DNA of 64,000 nucleotides from a bacterium. Lineage in GTDB: Bacteria > Eisenbacteria > RBG-16-71-46. Within the stretch, counting starts at the first letter, position 1; every line of letters begins with the position of its first letter. Under the pieces are notes generated by a model. It was given only the letters and a program-made list of their open reading frames with translations. It did no database searches and was not told where the DNA came from. The stretch covers positions 1,014-65,013 of the forward strand of contig JBJTRI010000119.1 in NCBI GenBank assembly GCA_046076045.1, given 5' to 3'. The position numbers were made by a program, and so were the translations under genes. This document shows positions 29,033 to 37,695 of this stretch, one piece after another.

Positions 29033-30784
29033 CTAGGGCAGCGCGCGGAACCTCTCCAGCAAGGTCGTGGCGCTGTCGGGCCGGTCCTCGGGGTGGCGGG
29101 CCATGGTGGACGCGATGAGTCGCGACAGCTCGATCGGCACGCCGGGCACCGATTCGTGCACGGGCGGCACCGCGCCCTCGAGCACGCGGAACAGCACGTT
29201 GGCGGGGTTCGTGCCCTCGAACGCGGGGCGTCCGGTGAGGGCTTCGTGCAGCACGACGCCGAGCGAGTAGAGGTCGGAGCGCCCGTCGAGTGGCAGGCCC
29301 TCGATCTGCTCGGGCGAGATGTACTCCGGGGTGCCCACCATCATGCCGCTGCGCGTCAGGCGAGACAGGCCGTCGAGGTGCGCCGAGGCGAGCCCGAAGT
29401 CCACGATGCGGACCGCATCGCCCTCGCCCACGAGCAGGTTCCCGGGCTTGAGGTCGCGGTGCAGCACGCCGGCCTCGTGCGCGGCGGCCAGTCCCTCGAG
29501 CGCCTGTTCGGCGATGCGGCGCACGCGTGCCGGCGACAGCGGACCGTCCTCGTGCAGGACGCGGCCGAGGTCGCGGCCGTCGAACCACTCCATCGAGATG
29601 GCGTGCGAGTCGCCGAGGTCGAGCAGGTCGTGGATGCGGATCACGTTCGGGTGCACGATGCGGCGCGCGAGCTTCATCTCGCGCACGAACCGGCGCAGCG
29701 TCTCGGGGTCGCGCGAGAGTTGCGGCGCGAGCACCTTGAGCACGACCTCCTCGTGCACGAGCAGGTCCTCGGCGCGGTACACCGTGCCGAAGCCGCCCGA
29801 GCCGATGCGGCTCACGACCCGGAACCGGCTCGCGAGCACGGTGCCGGGAGAGAGCCGCGCGAGGTCGAGGCCACGCGGGCCCTCGGCGGCGGCGGGCGCA
29901 CCCGCCCCGGTCCCGGACGGGCGCAGGCGCTCCCACTCCCGGGCCGGGGTGGGCGAGGCGGGCGAAGCGGGGCGCGTCACGCCGGCCGTGGCCAGCGCGC
30001 GCGCGATCGCGTCGCGCGTCGTGGCGGGCAGGTCGCGCGCGGCGAGCGCGTGCAGTGCGTCGGCGGCGCGCTCGCGCACCCACCAGTCCTCGTCGCGGAG
30101 CGCTCCGGCGAGGGCCGGCACCGCGCGCTCGTCGGGCGAGGCGTTGAGGATCTCGGTCGCGTAGCGGCGCGTGAACGGGTCGGGGTCGTGCAGCAGTTCG
30201 AGCACCGCGTCGGTGACGCCGGGGCCGCCGAGCGCACCGAGCGCCTCGGCGGCGCGGGCGCGCAGTCGGCCGTCGGCCAGACGCAGCGCCTCGGCGAGTT
30301 CGCGCACGCGTTCGGGAGAGCGCACGCCGACGAGCGCGTGCACCGCGGCCTCGCGCACCGCCTCGGACTCGTCCTCGAGCGCACGCAACCACTCGGCGGC
30401 GGGCACGCGCGCGGCCTGCGCGGTGAGCGCGAGGTCGAGCCGGGCACGCGCGACGCGTTCGTCGCGGTAGAGCGGGAGCAGCGCGCGCGGGTCCCAGGTC
30501 GCGCTCGAGGCGAGCGCGCGTGCGGCCGCATCGGCGACCGGGGCGACCGGGGAGCGGAGCGCGTCGGCGAAGTCGCCGAACGTCTCCGGTCGCACGAGGC
30601 CCGAGAGCGTGGCGAGCATCGCGGGGGTGGCGGGCCGCGCCGCGACCGCGTCGAGGAGCGCACGCGCCGCGGGCGCTCCAGCGGCGAGCAGGTCGGCCTG
30701 CGCCTCGGCGAGCGCATCCGGGCCGGCGCCCGACTGCAGCAGTCGGACGTGGTGCTCGGTGCGGAGGCGGTTCGCGTCGCTCAT
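29033..30784 (-). CDS. Ser/Thr protein kinase with N-terminal HEAT/PBS-lyase-type repeats
   Basis: The C-terminal Hanks kinase domain has FGTVYRA, VLK, HRDLKPGNLL, DFGLA and GTPEYISPE motifs. The N-terminal 300 aa carry repeated HEAT-like motifs (VREAAVHALVG...RARAAEALGALG...WVRERAADAL). Confidence 0.8.
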   Translation of the reverse strand: MSDANRLRTEHHVRLLQSGAGPDALAEAQADLLAAGAPAARALLDAVAARPATPAMLATLSGLVRPETFGDFADALRSPVAPVADAAARALASSATWDPRALLPLYRDERVARARLDLALTAQAARVPAAEWLRALEDESEAVREAAVHALVGVRSPERVRELAEALRLADGRLRARAAEALGALGGPGVTDAVLELLHDPDPFTRRYATEILNASPDERAVPALAGALRDEDWWVRERAADALHALAARDLPATTRDAIARALATAGVTRPASPASPTPAREWERLRPSGTGAGAPAAAEGPRGLDLARLSPGTVLASRFRVVSRIGSGGFGTVYRAEDLLVHEEVVLKVLAPQLSRDPETLRRFVREMKLARRIVHPNVIRIHDLLDLGDSHAISMEWFDGRDLGRVLHEDGPLSPARVRRIAEQALEGLAAAHEAGVLHRDLKPGNLLVGEGDAVRIVDFGLASAHLDGLSRLTRSGMMVGTPEYISPEQIEGLPLDGRSDLYSLGVVLHEALTGRPAFEGTNPANVLFRVLEGAVPPVHESVPGVPIELSRLIASTMARHPEDRPDSATTLLERFRALP

Positions 30785-30827
30785 CGCTCGGTCCCGTGGC
30801 CGGCGCGCACGGGCGCGCCGGGCGAGG

Positions 30828-31391
30828 TCAGGGGCGCAGCCACAGGCGCACGGCGAACCACGCGAGCGTGGCGCCGAGCAGCATGCCCACGATCGTCTCG
30901 CGCACGGCCCAACGCCGCGGCGGCGGGATCTCGACCGCACCCTCGGGCGTCACGGGCGGCAGCGGGCGGCCCTTGGCCGGAGCGGTCATGCCACTCAACT
31001 CGGCGCGCGACAGCACCACCGTGTGACGCGCCGCATCGCTCGTGGTCGCGGGCGGTGCGCTCGCGCGCGGGCGGGCGCGGCGGTCGGTCTCGACCCCGAC
31101 CCACAGCGTGTACTTGCCGAACCGCACCACGTCGTTGTCGCGCACGAACGAGGCGTTGACCATCTGGTCGTTCACGAACGTGCCGTTCGCGCTGCCGAGG
31201 TCGGTGATGCGGTACTCACCCGGCGCGGTGCGCTCGATGCGGAAGTGGTCGCGCGACACGCCCGGGTTGTCCACGAACACGTCGGCCTCGGGATCGCGCC
31301 CCACGCTCACGACGTCCTGGTCGAACGTGTAGTTGCGAACCGGTCGTCCCATGAGGGACAGGCGGAGCTTGAGGATCTGCCCATCGGCCAT
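30828..31391 (-). CDS. FHA domain protein with C-terminal transmembrane anchor
   Basis: FHA core (VSVGRDPEADVFVDNPGVSRDHFRI...GSANGTFVN) followed by a Pro-rich linker and a C-terminal TM helix (IVGMLLGATLAWFAVRLWL). GGAGG lies upstream of the ATG. Confidence 0.75.
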   Translation of the reverse strand: MADGQILKLRLSLMGRPVRNYTFDQDVVSVGRDPEADVFVDNPGVSRDHFRIERTAPGEYRITDLGSANGTFVNDQMVNASFVRDNDVVRFGKYTLWVGVETDRRARPRASAPPATTSDAARHTVVLSRAELSGMTAPAKGRPLPPVTPEGAVEIPPPRRWAVRETIVGMLLGATLAWFAVRLWLRP

Positions 31392-31625
31392 GCGGGGTTC
31401 CTCCACGGCGGCCGTCCTGGCCGCCCGAGGGTGGAAGGGGGGCGTGCCCCCGGATCACTCGGACTCCCCGGGGTCATCGGCCCGTCGGCGCCCCGGCTTG
31501 AGGATTCCCCGCGTCCGGGGCGGGCGCGGGCGGCGCCGGCCGTGATACCGTCGGACGGCTCCGTGCCCCGCGCCCCCCGGCTCCGGGCCCGTACCCCACC
31601 GCCCGCACCCCGGAGACCCGCCCCC

Positions 31626-34121
31626 ATGCGGTTCCCTCGCCCGTTCGCGCGTCCCGTCCTCGCCAGCCTCGTCCTCGCCGCCCTCGCCGCCGCCCCGGCC
31701 GTGGCCGACCCCCGGCCACGTGAGCCCATGGACGCGGGCGGTATCGCCCACGAACTCCGGCGCCTGCGCTCCACCGCCACGGTGCTGCACGTGGCCGCGC
31801 ATCCCGACGACGAGAACACCGCGCTGCTCGCGTGGCTCACGCACGCGAAGGGGGCGCGCGCCGCGTACCTCTCGCTCACGCGCGGGGACGGTGGCCAGAA
31901 CCTGATCGGGCCCGAGCTCGGGCCGCCGCTCGGGGTGATCCGCACGCAAGAACTGCTCGCCGCGCGCCGCACCGACGGCGCCGAGCAGTGGTTCACGCGC
32001 GCGCTCGACTTCGGCTTCAGCAAGAACTCCGACGAGACCCTGCGACTGTGGGGTCGCGACTCGGTGCTCGCCGACGTCGTGTGGGTGATCCGCAACCTGC
32101 GTCCCGACGTCATCGTGACGCGCTTCCCGCCCGACTCCACCGCGGGCCACGGGCACCACAGCGCGTCGGCCATCCTCGCCGAGGACGCGTTCGAGGCCGC
32201 GGCCGACCCGGCACGCTTCCCCGAGCAACTGGCGTGGGTGCGGCCGTGGCGCGCGAAGCGGCTGGTGTGGAACGTGTTCTCGTTCGGGCGCGTGACGATC
32301 GACTCGGCCTGGGTGGCGGTGGACGTGGGCGCCTACGAGCCGCTGCTCGGCCGCTCCATGAACGAGGTGGCCGCGACCTCGCGCAGCCACCACCGCAGCC
32401 AGGGCTTCGGTTCGGCCGAGCGCCGTGGCACCTCCCTGCAGTACCTGCGACCGCGTCTGGGCGAGCCCGCGCGGCGCGACCCGTTCGACGGGGTGGAGAC
32501 CGGCTGGCGGCGCTTCCCGGGTGGCGAGGCCGTGACCGCGGCCCTCGACCAGGCCGAGCGCGCCTACGACCCGAGGCATCCCGAGCGCGTCCTGCCGTGG
32601 CTCGCGCGCGCGCACGCCGCGCTCGCCAAGCTCCCGGACGAGCCCATCGTGCGGCACCGCCGCGCCGAACTCGAGCACGTCATGGCCTCGTGCGCCGGAC
32701 TGTGGGCCGAGGCCACCTCGACGCGTCCCGCGGTGGTGCCCGGCGACCGCGTGACGGTGGCGACCTCGATCCTCGCGCGCACCGCCGCCGACGTCGTACT
32801 CGAGTCGATCGTGGTCGCGGGCGAGGCGCGCGACTCGGTCCGCACGCTCGTCACGAACCGCGCACTCGCCGACACGTTCGTGGTCGCGATCGCGCGCGAC
32901 CTCGCGGTGACGCAACCCTACTGGCTGCGCCAGCCGCCCACGCGCGGGTTGTCGCACGTGGCCGAGCGCGCCGACCTCGGAGCGCCCGAGGACCGTCCGG
33001 TGCTCACGGCCGAGTTCCGTCTGCGCATCGCGGGCACCCCGGTGCGGATCGTGCGCACGGTGGCGTACCGCTGGATCGACCGCGTCGAGGGGGAGCGCTG
33101 GCGGCGGCTCGAGGTGACGCCGCCGGCCTCGCTCGCGTTCGACGCCCCGTTCCGCTGGTTCGGCGGGGCCGCGTCGCGCCCGGTGCGCGTGACCGTGCGG
33201 GCCGAGCGCGACGGCGCCCAGGGCGTGTTGCGCCTCGAGGTGCCCGCCGGGTGGACGGTCACGCCCGACACGGTCGCGGTCGCGATCCCGCGCGAGGCCG
33301 GCGAGCGCGCGTTCGAGTTCCGCGTCACGCCGGGGCCCGGCGGGGGTGAGGCGCGCGCGGTGTTCCGCGACGCCGAGGGGCGCGACTGGTCGCACGCCGT
33401 GCAGCGCCTCGATCATACGCACATCCCGCTGCAGACGCTGCACCCCGCGGCCACGCTCACGCTCGTGCGCGGCGAGCCGCTGCCGCGTGCGCCGCGCATC
33501 GGCTGGGTGGCGGGCTCCGGCGACCCGCTCGACGAGGCACTGCGCCAGATGGGGGCCGCGGTCACCGCGCTCTCCGACGACGACCTCGCGGCGGGCGACC
33601 TGTCGCGCTTCGACGTCATCGTGACGGGAGTCCGCGCTTACAACACGCGTCCGCGCCTGCGCGCGCTGCAGCCGCGACTGCACGAGTGGGTGGCGGCGGG
33701 CGGGCGTCTGGTGATGCAGTACGTCACCAGCACGGACGGCGTGGGCGAGGGGCTGGGACCGCGCCCGTTCCGCGTCTCGCGCGAGCGCGTCACGGTGGAG
33801 GACGCGCCGGTCACGTTCCGTCTGCCCGCGCACCCGCTGCTGCGCACGCCGTACGCGCTCGGGGCCGCCGACTTCGACGGTTGGGTGCAGGAGCGCGGTC
33901 TGTACTTCGCGAGTCCGTTCGACGCGGGCTACGACGCGCCGCTGTCGTCGAACGACCCCGGCGAGCCGGCGCGCGACGGCGGTCTGCTGTACGCGCGGCA
34001 TGGGCGCGGGGAGTTCGTGTACTGCGCCTACGCGCTGTTCCGCCAGATCCCGGCCGGGGTGCCCGGCGCGTGGCGACTGCTCGGCAACCTCGCGAGCCCC
34101 GCTGCGGCGGCGCGTCCGTGA
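31626..34121 (+). CDS. Secreted large PIG-L/LmbE-family N-acetylglucosaminyl deacetylase with C-terminal ThuA/GATase1-like domain
   Basis: Signal peptide, then the LmbE motif (AHPDDE, HHSAS) in the first 200 aa. The C-terminal 250 aa resemble a ThuA/class-I glutamine-amidotransferase-like fold (DVIVTGVRAYNTRP). 831 aa. Confidence 0.75.
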   Translation: MRFPRPFARPVLASLVLAALAAAPAVADPRPREPMDAGGIAHELRRLRSTATVLHVAAHPDDENTALLAWLTHAKGARAAYLSLTRGDGGQNLIGPELGPPLGVIRTQELLAARRTDGAEQWFTRALDFGFSKNSDETLRLWGRDSVLADVVWVIRNLRPDVIVTRFPPDSTAGHGHHSASAILAEDAFEAAADPARFPEQLAWVRPWRAKRLVWNVFSFGRVTIDSAWVAVDVGAYEPLLGRSMNEVAATSRSHHRSQGFGSAERRGTSLQYLRPRLGEPARRDPFDGVETGWRRFPGGEAVTAALDQAERAYDPRHPERVLPWLARAHAALAKLPDEPIVRHRRAELEHVMASCAGLWAEATSTRPAVVPGDRVTVATSILARTAADVVLESIVVAGEARDSVRTLVTNRALADTFVVAIARDLAVTQPYWLRQPPTRGLSHVAERADLGAPEDRPVLTAEFRLRIAGTPVRIVRTVAYRWIDRVEGERWRRLEVTPPASLAFDAPFRWFGGAASRPVRVTVRAERDGAQGVLRLEVPAGWTVTPDTVAVAIPREAGERAFEFRVTPGPGGGEARAVFRDAEGRDWSHAVQRLDHTHIPLQTLHPAATLTLVRGEPLPRAPRIGWVAGSGDPLDEALRQMGAAVTALSDDDLAAGDLSRFDVIVTGVRAYNTRPRLRALQPRLHEWVAAGGRLVMQYVTSTDGVGEGLGPRPFRVSRERVTVEDAPVTFRLPAHPLLRTPYALGAADFDGWVQERGLYFASPFDAGYDAPLSSNDPGEPARDGGLLYARHGRGEFVYCAYALFRQIPAGVPGAWRLLGNLASPAAAARP

Positions 34122-34222
34122 GCGCCCCCGAGCCCCGCTGGGGCCGGCTGCACGCCGCCGTGATCGGCGCGCTCGTGGTCGAGGTCGTGCTGCTCGCGGC
34201 GCTCTCGGCGCGGACATGGTGA
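34118..34222 (+). CDS. Possible 34-aa single-TM peptide upstream of the SSF symporter
   Basis: GTG overlapping the PIG-L stop (GTGA). It encodes VSAPEPRWGRLHAAVIGALVVEVVLLAALSARTW and ends 26 nt before the symporter ATG. Small subunits are known to accompany SSF transporters, but this is weakly supported. Confidence 0.2.
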   Translation: MSAPEPRWGRLHAAVIGALVVEVVLLAALSARTW

Positions 34223-34247
34223 GCGCGCCGCGCGCGCGGGGGCGCGC

Positions 34248-35951
34248 ATGATCCGTCCGCTCGATGCGTTCGTCATGGTGGCCGCGCTCGTGGGCTTCGT
34301 GCTCTACGGGTTGTGGCGCGCCCGCGGCACGCGCGACCTCGACGGCTACCTGGTGGCGGGCCGCAGCCTGCCGTGGCCCATGGTGGCGCTCTCGGTCATG
34401 GCCACGCAGGCGAGCGCGGTGACGTTCATGGCCACGCCCGGTCAGGGCTACGTCGCGGGCCTGTCGTTCGTGCAGTTCTACTTCGGCCTGCCCATCGCCA
34501 TGGTGGTGCTGTGCGCGACGCTCGTGCCGCTCTACCAGCGCCTGCGCGTCTCGACCGCGTACGAGTACCTGGAGCGGCGCTTCGACGGCAAGACGCGCAC
34601 GCTCGCCGCCGGTCTGTTCCTCGTTCAGCGCGGGCTCGCGGCCGGCATCACGATCTACGCCCCGGCGCTCGTGCTGAGCGTGCTGCTGGGGCTCGACACG
34701 GGCACGACCGCCATGGGCATCGGGGCGCTCGTCGTGGGCACGATCGTGCTCGGGGGCTCGCGCGCGGTCGCGCACGCGCACGCGCTGCAGTTCGTGGTCA
34801 TCATGGGTTCGATGGCGCTGGCGTTCGCGCTCGTGCTGCGCACGCTCCCCGACGGCGTGGGCTTCGGCGACGCGCTCGCGGTCGCGGGGGCGGCCGGCCG
34901 GCTCGAGGCGGTGGACCTGAGCTTCGATCCCACGAGCCGCTACAACCTGTGGGCCGGGCTGCTCGGCGGCTTCTTCCTGCAGCTCGCGTACTTCGGGACC
35001 GACCAGTCGCAGGTGGGCCGCATCCTCACCGCGGGCTCCGAGCGCGAGAGCCGGCTGGGACTGCTGTTCAACGGGTTGTTCAAGGTGCCCATGCAGTTCC
35101 TCATCCTGCTGCTCGGCGTGCTCGTGTTCGCGGCCTACCGCTTCGAGCCGCCCCCCGTGTTCTTCGACCCCTCGGCCGCGACGCGCGTCGCGGCCGGACC
35201 GCACGCCGCGCAGTGGCGTGCTGCCGAGCGCGAATGGGGTAGCGCCCGCCGCGCGCTCTCCGACGCGTTGGTGGTCGAGCGCCGTGCCGCGCGTGCGGGC
35301 GACGAGGCGGCGGTGGCGCGGGCGCACGCCGACGCGGCCGCGGCCGAGGTCGTCGCCGAGGCCGCGCGCGCGCGGGCGGTCGCCGCGCTGCGCGCCACCG
35401 ACCCGACGGCCAACACCAACGACACGAACCACATCTTCCTGCACTTCGTGCTCACCCACCTGCCGGTCGGGGTGGTGGGGTTGCTGCTCGCGGCCATCAT
35501 CGCCGCGGCCATGAACGCCACCATGAGCGAGCTCAACGCGCTCGCCTCGACCACGGTGGTGGATGTGGTCGAGCGCATGCCGTGGCGTCCGGACGAGCGC
35601 ACGCTGCTCGCGGTCTCCCGCGGCGCGACGTTGCTGTGGACGTTGTTCGCGGTCGGCTTCGCGCAGTACGCCGGGCGGCTGGGGTCGCTGGTCGAGGCCG
35701 TGAACATCATGGGGTCGCTGTTCTACGGCACCATCCTGGGCATCTTCATGACCGGCTTCCTCGTGAAGCGCGCCGGTGGTCACGCGGTGTTCGTGGCCGC
35801 GCTCGTGGCCGAGGGCGTGGTGATCGCGTGTTGGAAGGGGACCGAACTGTCGTTCCTGTGGTGGAACCTGATCGGCTGCGTGGTGACCGTGGGGTTGGCC
35901 GCGACGTTCGCGGCCTTCGGGCCACGGCGCACCGACCGGGTCACGGCCTGA
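34248..35951 (+). CDS. Sodium:solute symporter family (SSF/SLC5) transporter
   Basis: 13-14 TM helices and an SSF N-terminal signature (ATQASAVTFMATPGQGY). It has a 60-aa hydrophilic Ala/Arg-rich insertion. 567 aa. Confidence 0.85.
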   Translation: MIRPLDAFVMVAALVGFVLYGLWRARGTRDLDGYLVAGRSLPWPMVALSVMATQASAVTFMATPGQGYVAGLSFVQFYFGLPIAMVVLCATLVPLYQRLRVSTAYEYLERRFDGKTRTLAAGLFLVQRGLAAGITIYAPALVLSVLLGLDTGTTAMGIGALVVGTIVLGGSRAVAHAHALQFVVIMGSMALAFALVLRTLPDGVGFGDALAVAGAAGRLEAVDLSFDPTSRYNLWAGLLGGFFLQLAYFGTDQSQVGRILTAGSERESRLGLLFNGLFKVPMQFLILLLGVLVFAAYRFEPPPVFFDPSAATRVAAGPHAAQWRAAEREWGSARRALSDALVVERRAARAGDEAAVARAHADAAAAEVVAEAARARAVAALRATDPTANTNDTNHIFLHFVLTHLPVGVVGLLLAAIIAAAMNATMSELNALASTTVVDVVERMPWRPDERTLLAVSRGATLLWTLFAVGFAQYAGRLGSLVEAVNIMGSLFYGTILGIFMTGFLVKRAGGHAVFVAALVAEGVVIACWKGTELSFLWWNLIGCVVTVGLAATFAAFGPRRTDRVTA

Positions 35952-36041
35952 CGGTCGCTGGAAGTGGAACGGACGAGGCCCCGACGGACCGGGTCCGTCG
36001 GGGCCTTGCGTCGCCTCGGCGCGCAGGACGCGCCCGTCACC

Positions 36042-36908
36042 TCACTTGCGCTTGGTCGTCCACTCCGCGAGCAGCTTCTCGCTGTCCGCGACCGCCTGCG
36101 CCATGTTGGGGTCGGCCTTGCCGAGGTCGATGGCCTTGCGCATGAGCGTGACCGCGGTCGCGGTGTCGCCCTTCTTCGCGGCCATCTTGGCGAGCAGCTG
36201 CTGCGTCTGCCAGTTCTCCTTCACCTTGCCGGCCGCCGCCGCCCACGTCGCGGCCTCATCGGCGGCGAGCCCGGCGTCGAACGCCCACGAGGCGGCGCGG
36301 TACGGCGTGCGCCAGTCGTCGGGCTTGGCGGCCGCGATCGCGGCGCGTGCGGCGACCAGCGCCTGCGCGTTCGTGTCCATGGTGATGCGCACGCGCACGG
36401 CCACCTTCTCCCAGCGCAACTGGAGCGTGGTCGCGTCCATGCCCGGGTCGTCGAACGTGAACGACAGGCGCTCGGTGAGCTCGGCCGCGGCCGGCTTCAC
36501 GGTGACGCGCAACACGTCGTTCTTGGGGTCGTAGCCCATCGCGCCCCACATGTCCTTCTGGCTCGAGAACACCACCACCCAAGAGTCCTGCCCGGGGATG
36601 GTCACGAGCGCATAGTCGCCGGCTGCGAGCTTCTGGCCCTCGACCATGATGTCGGTGCTGTTCGTGAAGCGCGTCGCCTCGTTCGCGCCGGTGCGCCACG
36701 GCTCGCCGTAGGGCACGAGACCGCCCCAGATGGTGCGCCCCTTCACGCCGGGGCGGGAGTAGGCGACCGAGAGCTCGGTGAGGCCGACGGTCTGCGTGAC
36801 CTTGGCCTTGGGGCTCGCGGCCGGCGCGGCGAACTGGGCGCGGGCCGAGGGCGCGAGGACGAGCAGCAGGGCGCAGAGCGGGAGACGGAGCAGGTACGGG
36901 ATCCGCAT
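36042..36908 (-). CDS. Secreted DUF2911-like protein with C-terminal TPR-like helical region
   Basis: Signal peptide (MRIPYLLRLPLCALLLVLAPSARA) and the conserved GEPWRTGANEAT motif that I associate with DUF2911; the family assignment is from memory. Confidence 0.6.
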   Translation of the reverse strand: MRIPYLLRLPLCALLLVLAPSARAQFAAPAASPKAKVTQTVGLTELSVAYSRPGVKGRTIWGGLVPYGEPWRTGANEATRFTNSTDIMVEGQKLAAGDYALVTIPGQDSWVVVFSSQKDMWGAMGYDPKNDVLRVTVKPAAAELTERLSFTFDDPGMDATTLQLRWEKVAVRVRITMDTNAQALVAARAAIAAAKPDDWRTPYRAASWAFDAGLAADEAATWAAAAGKVKENWQTQQLLAKMAAKKGDTATAVTLMRKAIDLGKADPNMAQAVADSEKLLAEWTTKRK

Positions 36909-37183
36909 GGGAGAGGTCTCCGTGGAGTTCGGGTTCGTCGGGTGGTCCACCGCCGATCGGCGGGGGGGCCCGTGGGGCGGCGGGGGACGCTACCAGAAGG
37001 CCCGGAGGGGTGCGAGACGGGGCGAGTCCCGGGACCCGATGCGGCATCGAAGGGTAGTGAGAACGGGAATTCCCATGCTCCCGCTCGGCCGCGCACGCTA
37101 CTATCCCCACGCTTCCCGGCGCCTCCCCCCGGCGCCATCCCGACGACCTGCCTTGCCCACCCACGACCCTCCCGGGAGGCCCC

Positions 37184-37693
37184 ATGTCCTTTCGCAGCAT
37201 CCTGCCCGCGGCCGTGTTCCTGGCCCTGATCGTCCCCGTAGCGGTGTCCGCCTGTTCGGACCCCGCGGCCCATGCTGCCGGCGCCTCGGCGCCCCACCTG
37301 AGCCTCGCGGCGAACCACCCGCTGCTCGCCCTGCGCCCGCGTGCGTGGATGCCCGCCTCGCACCGTGTCGCGGTTCAGCGCGCCGCGGCCGGCCTGCGCG
37401 TCGCCGTGGACCCGGTGGACGGCACGCTCGGCATGCCGGCGCCCGAGCCCGCGGCGGAGTTCGTGCAGGTGGACGACGGCGAGCCCATCGTGGTGCGGAC
37501 GCGGCGCGACGGTTCGCGCTGGGCGGTGCTCGACGAGCGCTTCGCCGAGTTCTCGGTCGCCACGATCGGCCCCGACGGCAAGTTGTCGTGGACCTGCGTC
37601 TCGGGGCCGCGCAACGCCGCGCGCTTCCTCGCGAACCCGGTCGTGACCCCGGATCGCGCCCCGGCCCCCGGCACCGTGTGGGAGGACCGCTGA
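37184..37693 (+). CDS. Hypothetical lipoprotein/secreted protein
   Basis: Signal peptide with a possible lipobox (VAVSAC). 169 aa, high GC3, and immediately followed (2-nt gap) by the protease gene. No recognisable domain. Confidence 0.5.
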   Translation: MSFRSILPAAVFLALIVPVAVSACSDPAAHAAGASAPHLSLAANHPLLALRPRAWMPASHRVAVQRAAAGLRVAVDPVDGTLGMPAPEPAAEFVQVDDGEPIVVRTRRDGSRWAVLDERFAEFSVATIGPDGKLSWTCVSGPRNAARFLANPVVTPDRAPAPGTVWEDR

Positions 37694-37695
37694 CC

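Noticed and set aside
26868-30392. 1,174-aa continuous minus-strand ORF spanning the PilT-like A gene, the PilT-like B locus and part of the kinase gene
   Set aside because: Only its last 352 codons (26868..27926) are a real PilT-like gene. The extension upstream is an out-of-frame read-through of the second ATPase and kinase genes, which are in other frames. It is an Arg-rich junk translation.
31455-35783. 1,442-aa minus-strand ORF opposite the PIG-L deacetylase and SSF transporter
   Set aside because: Antisense shadow ORF: extreme Arg/Gly/His composition, no domain signatures. The plus-strand genes have clear family motifs.
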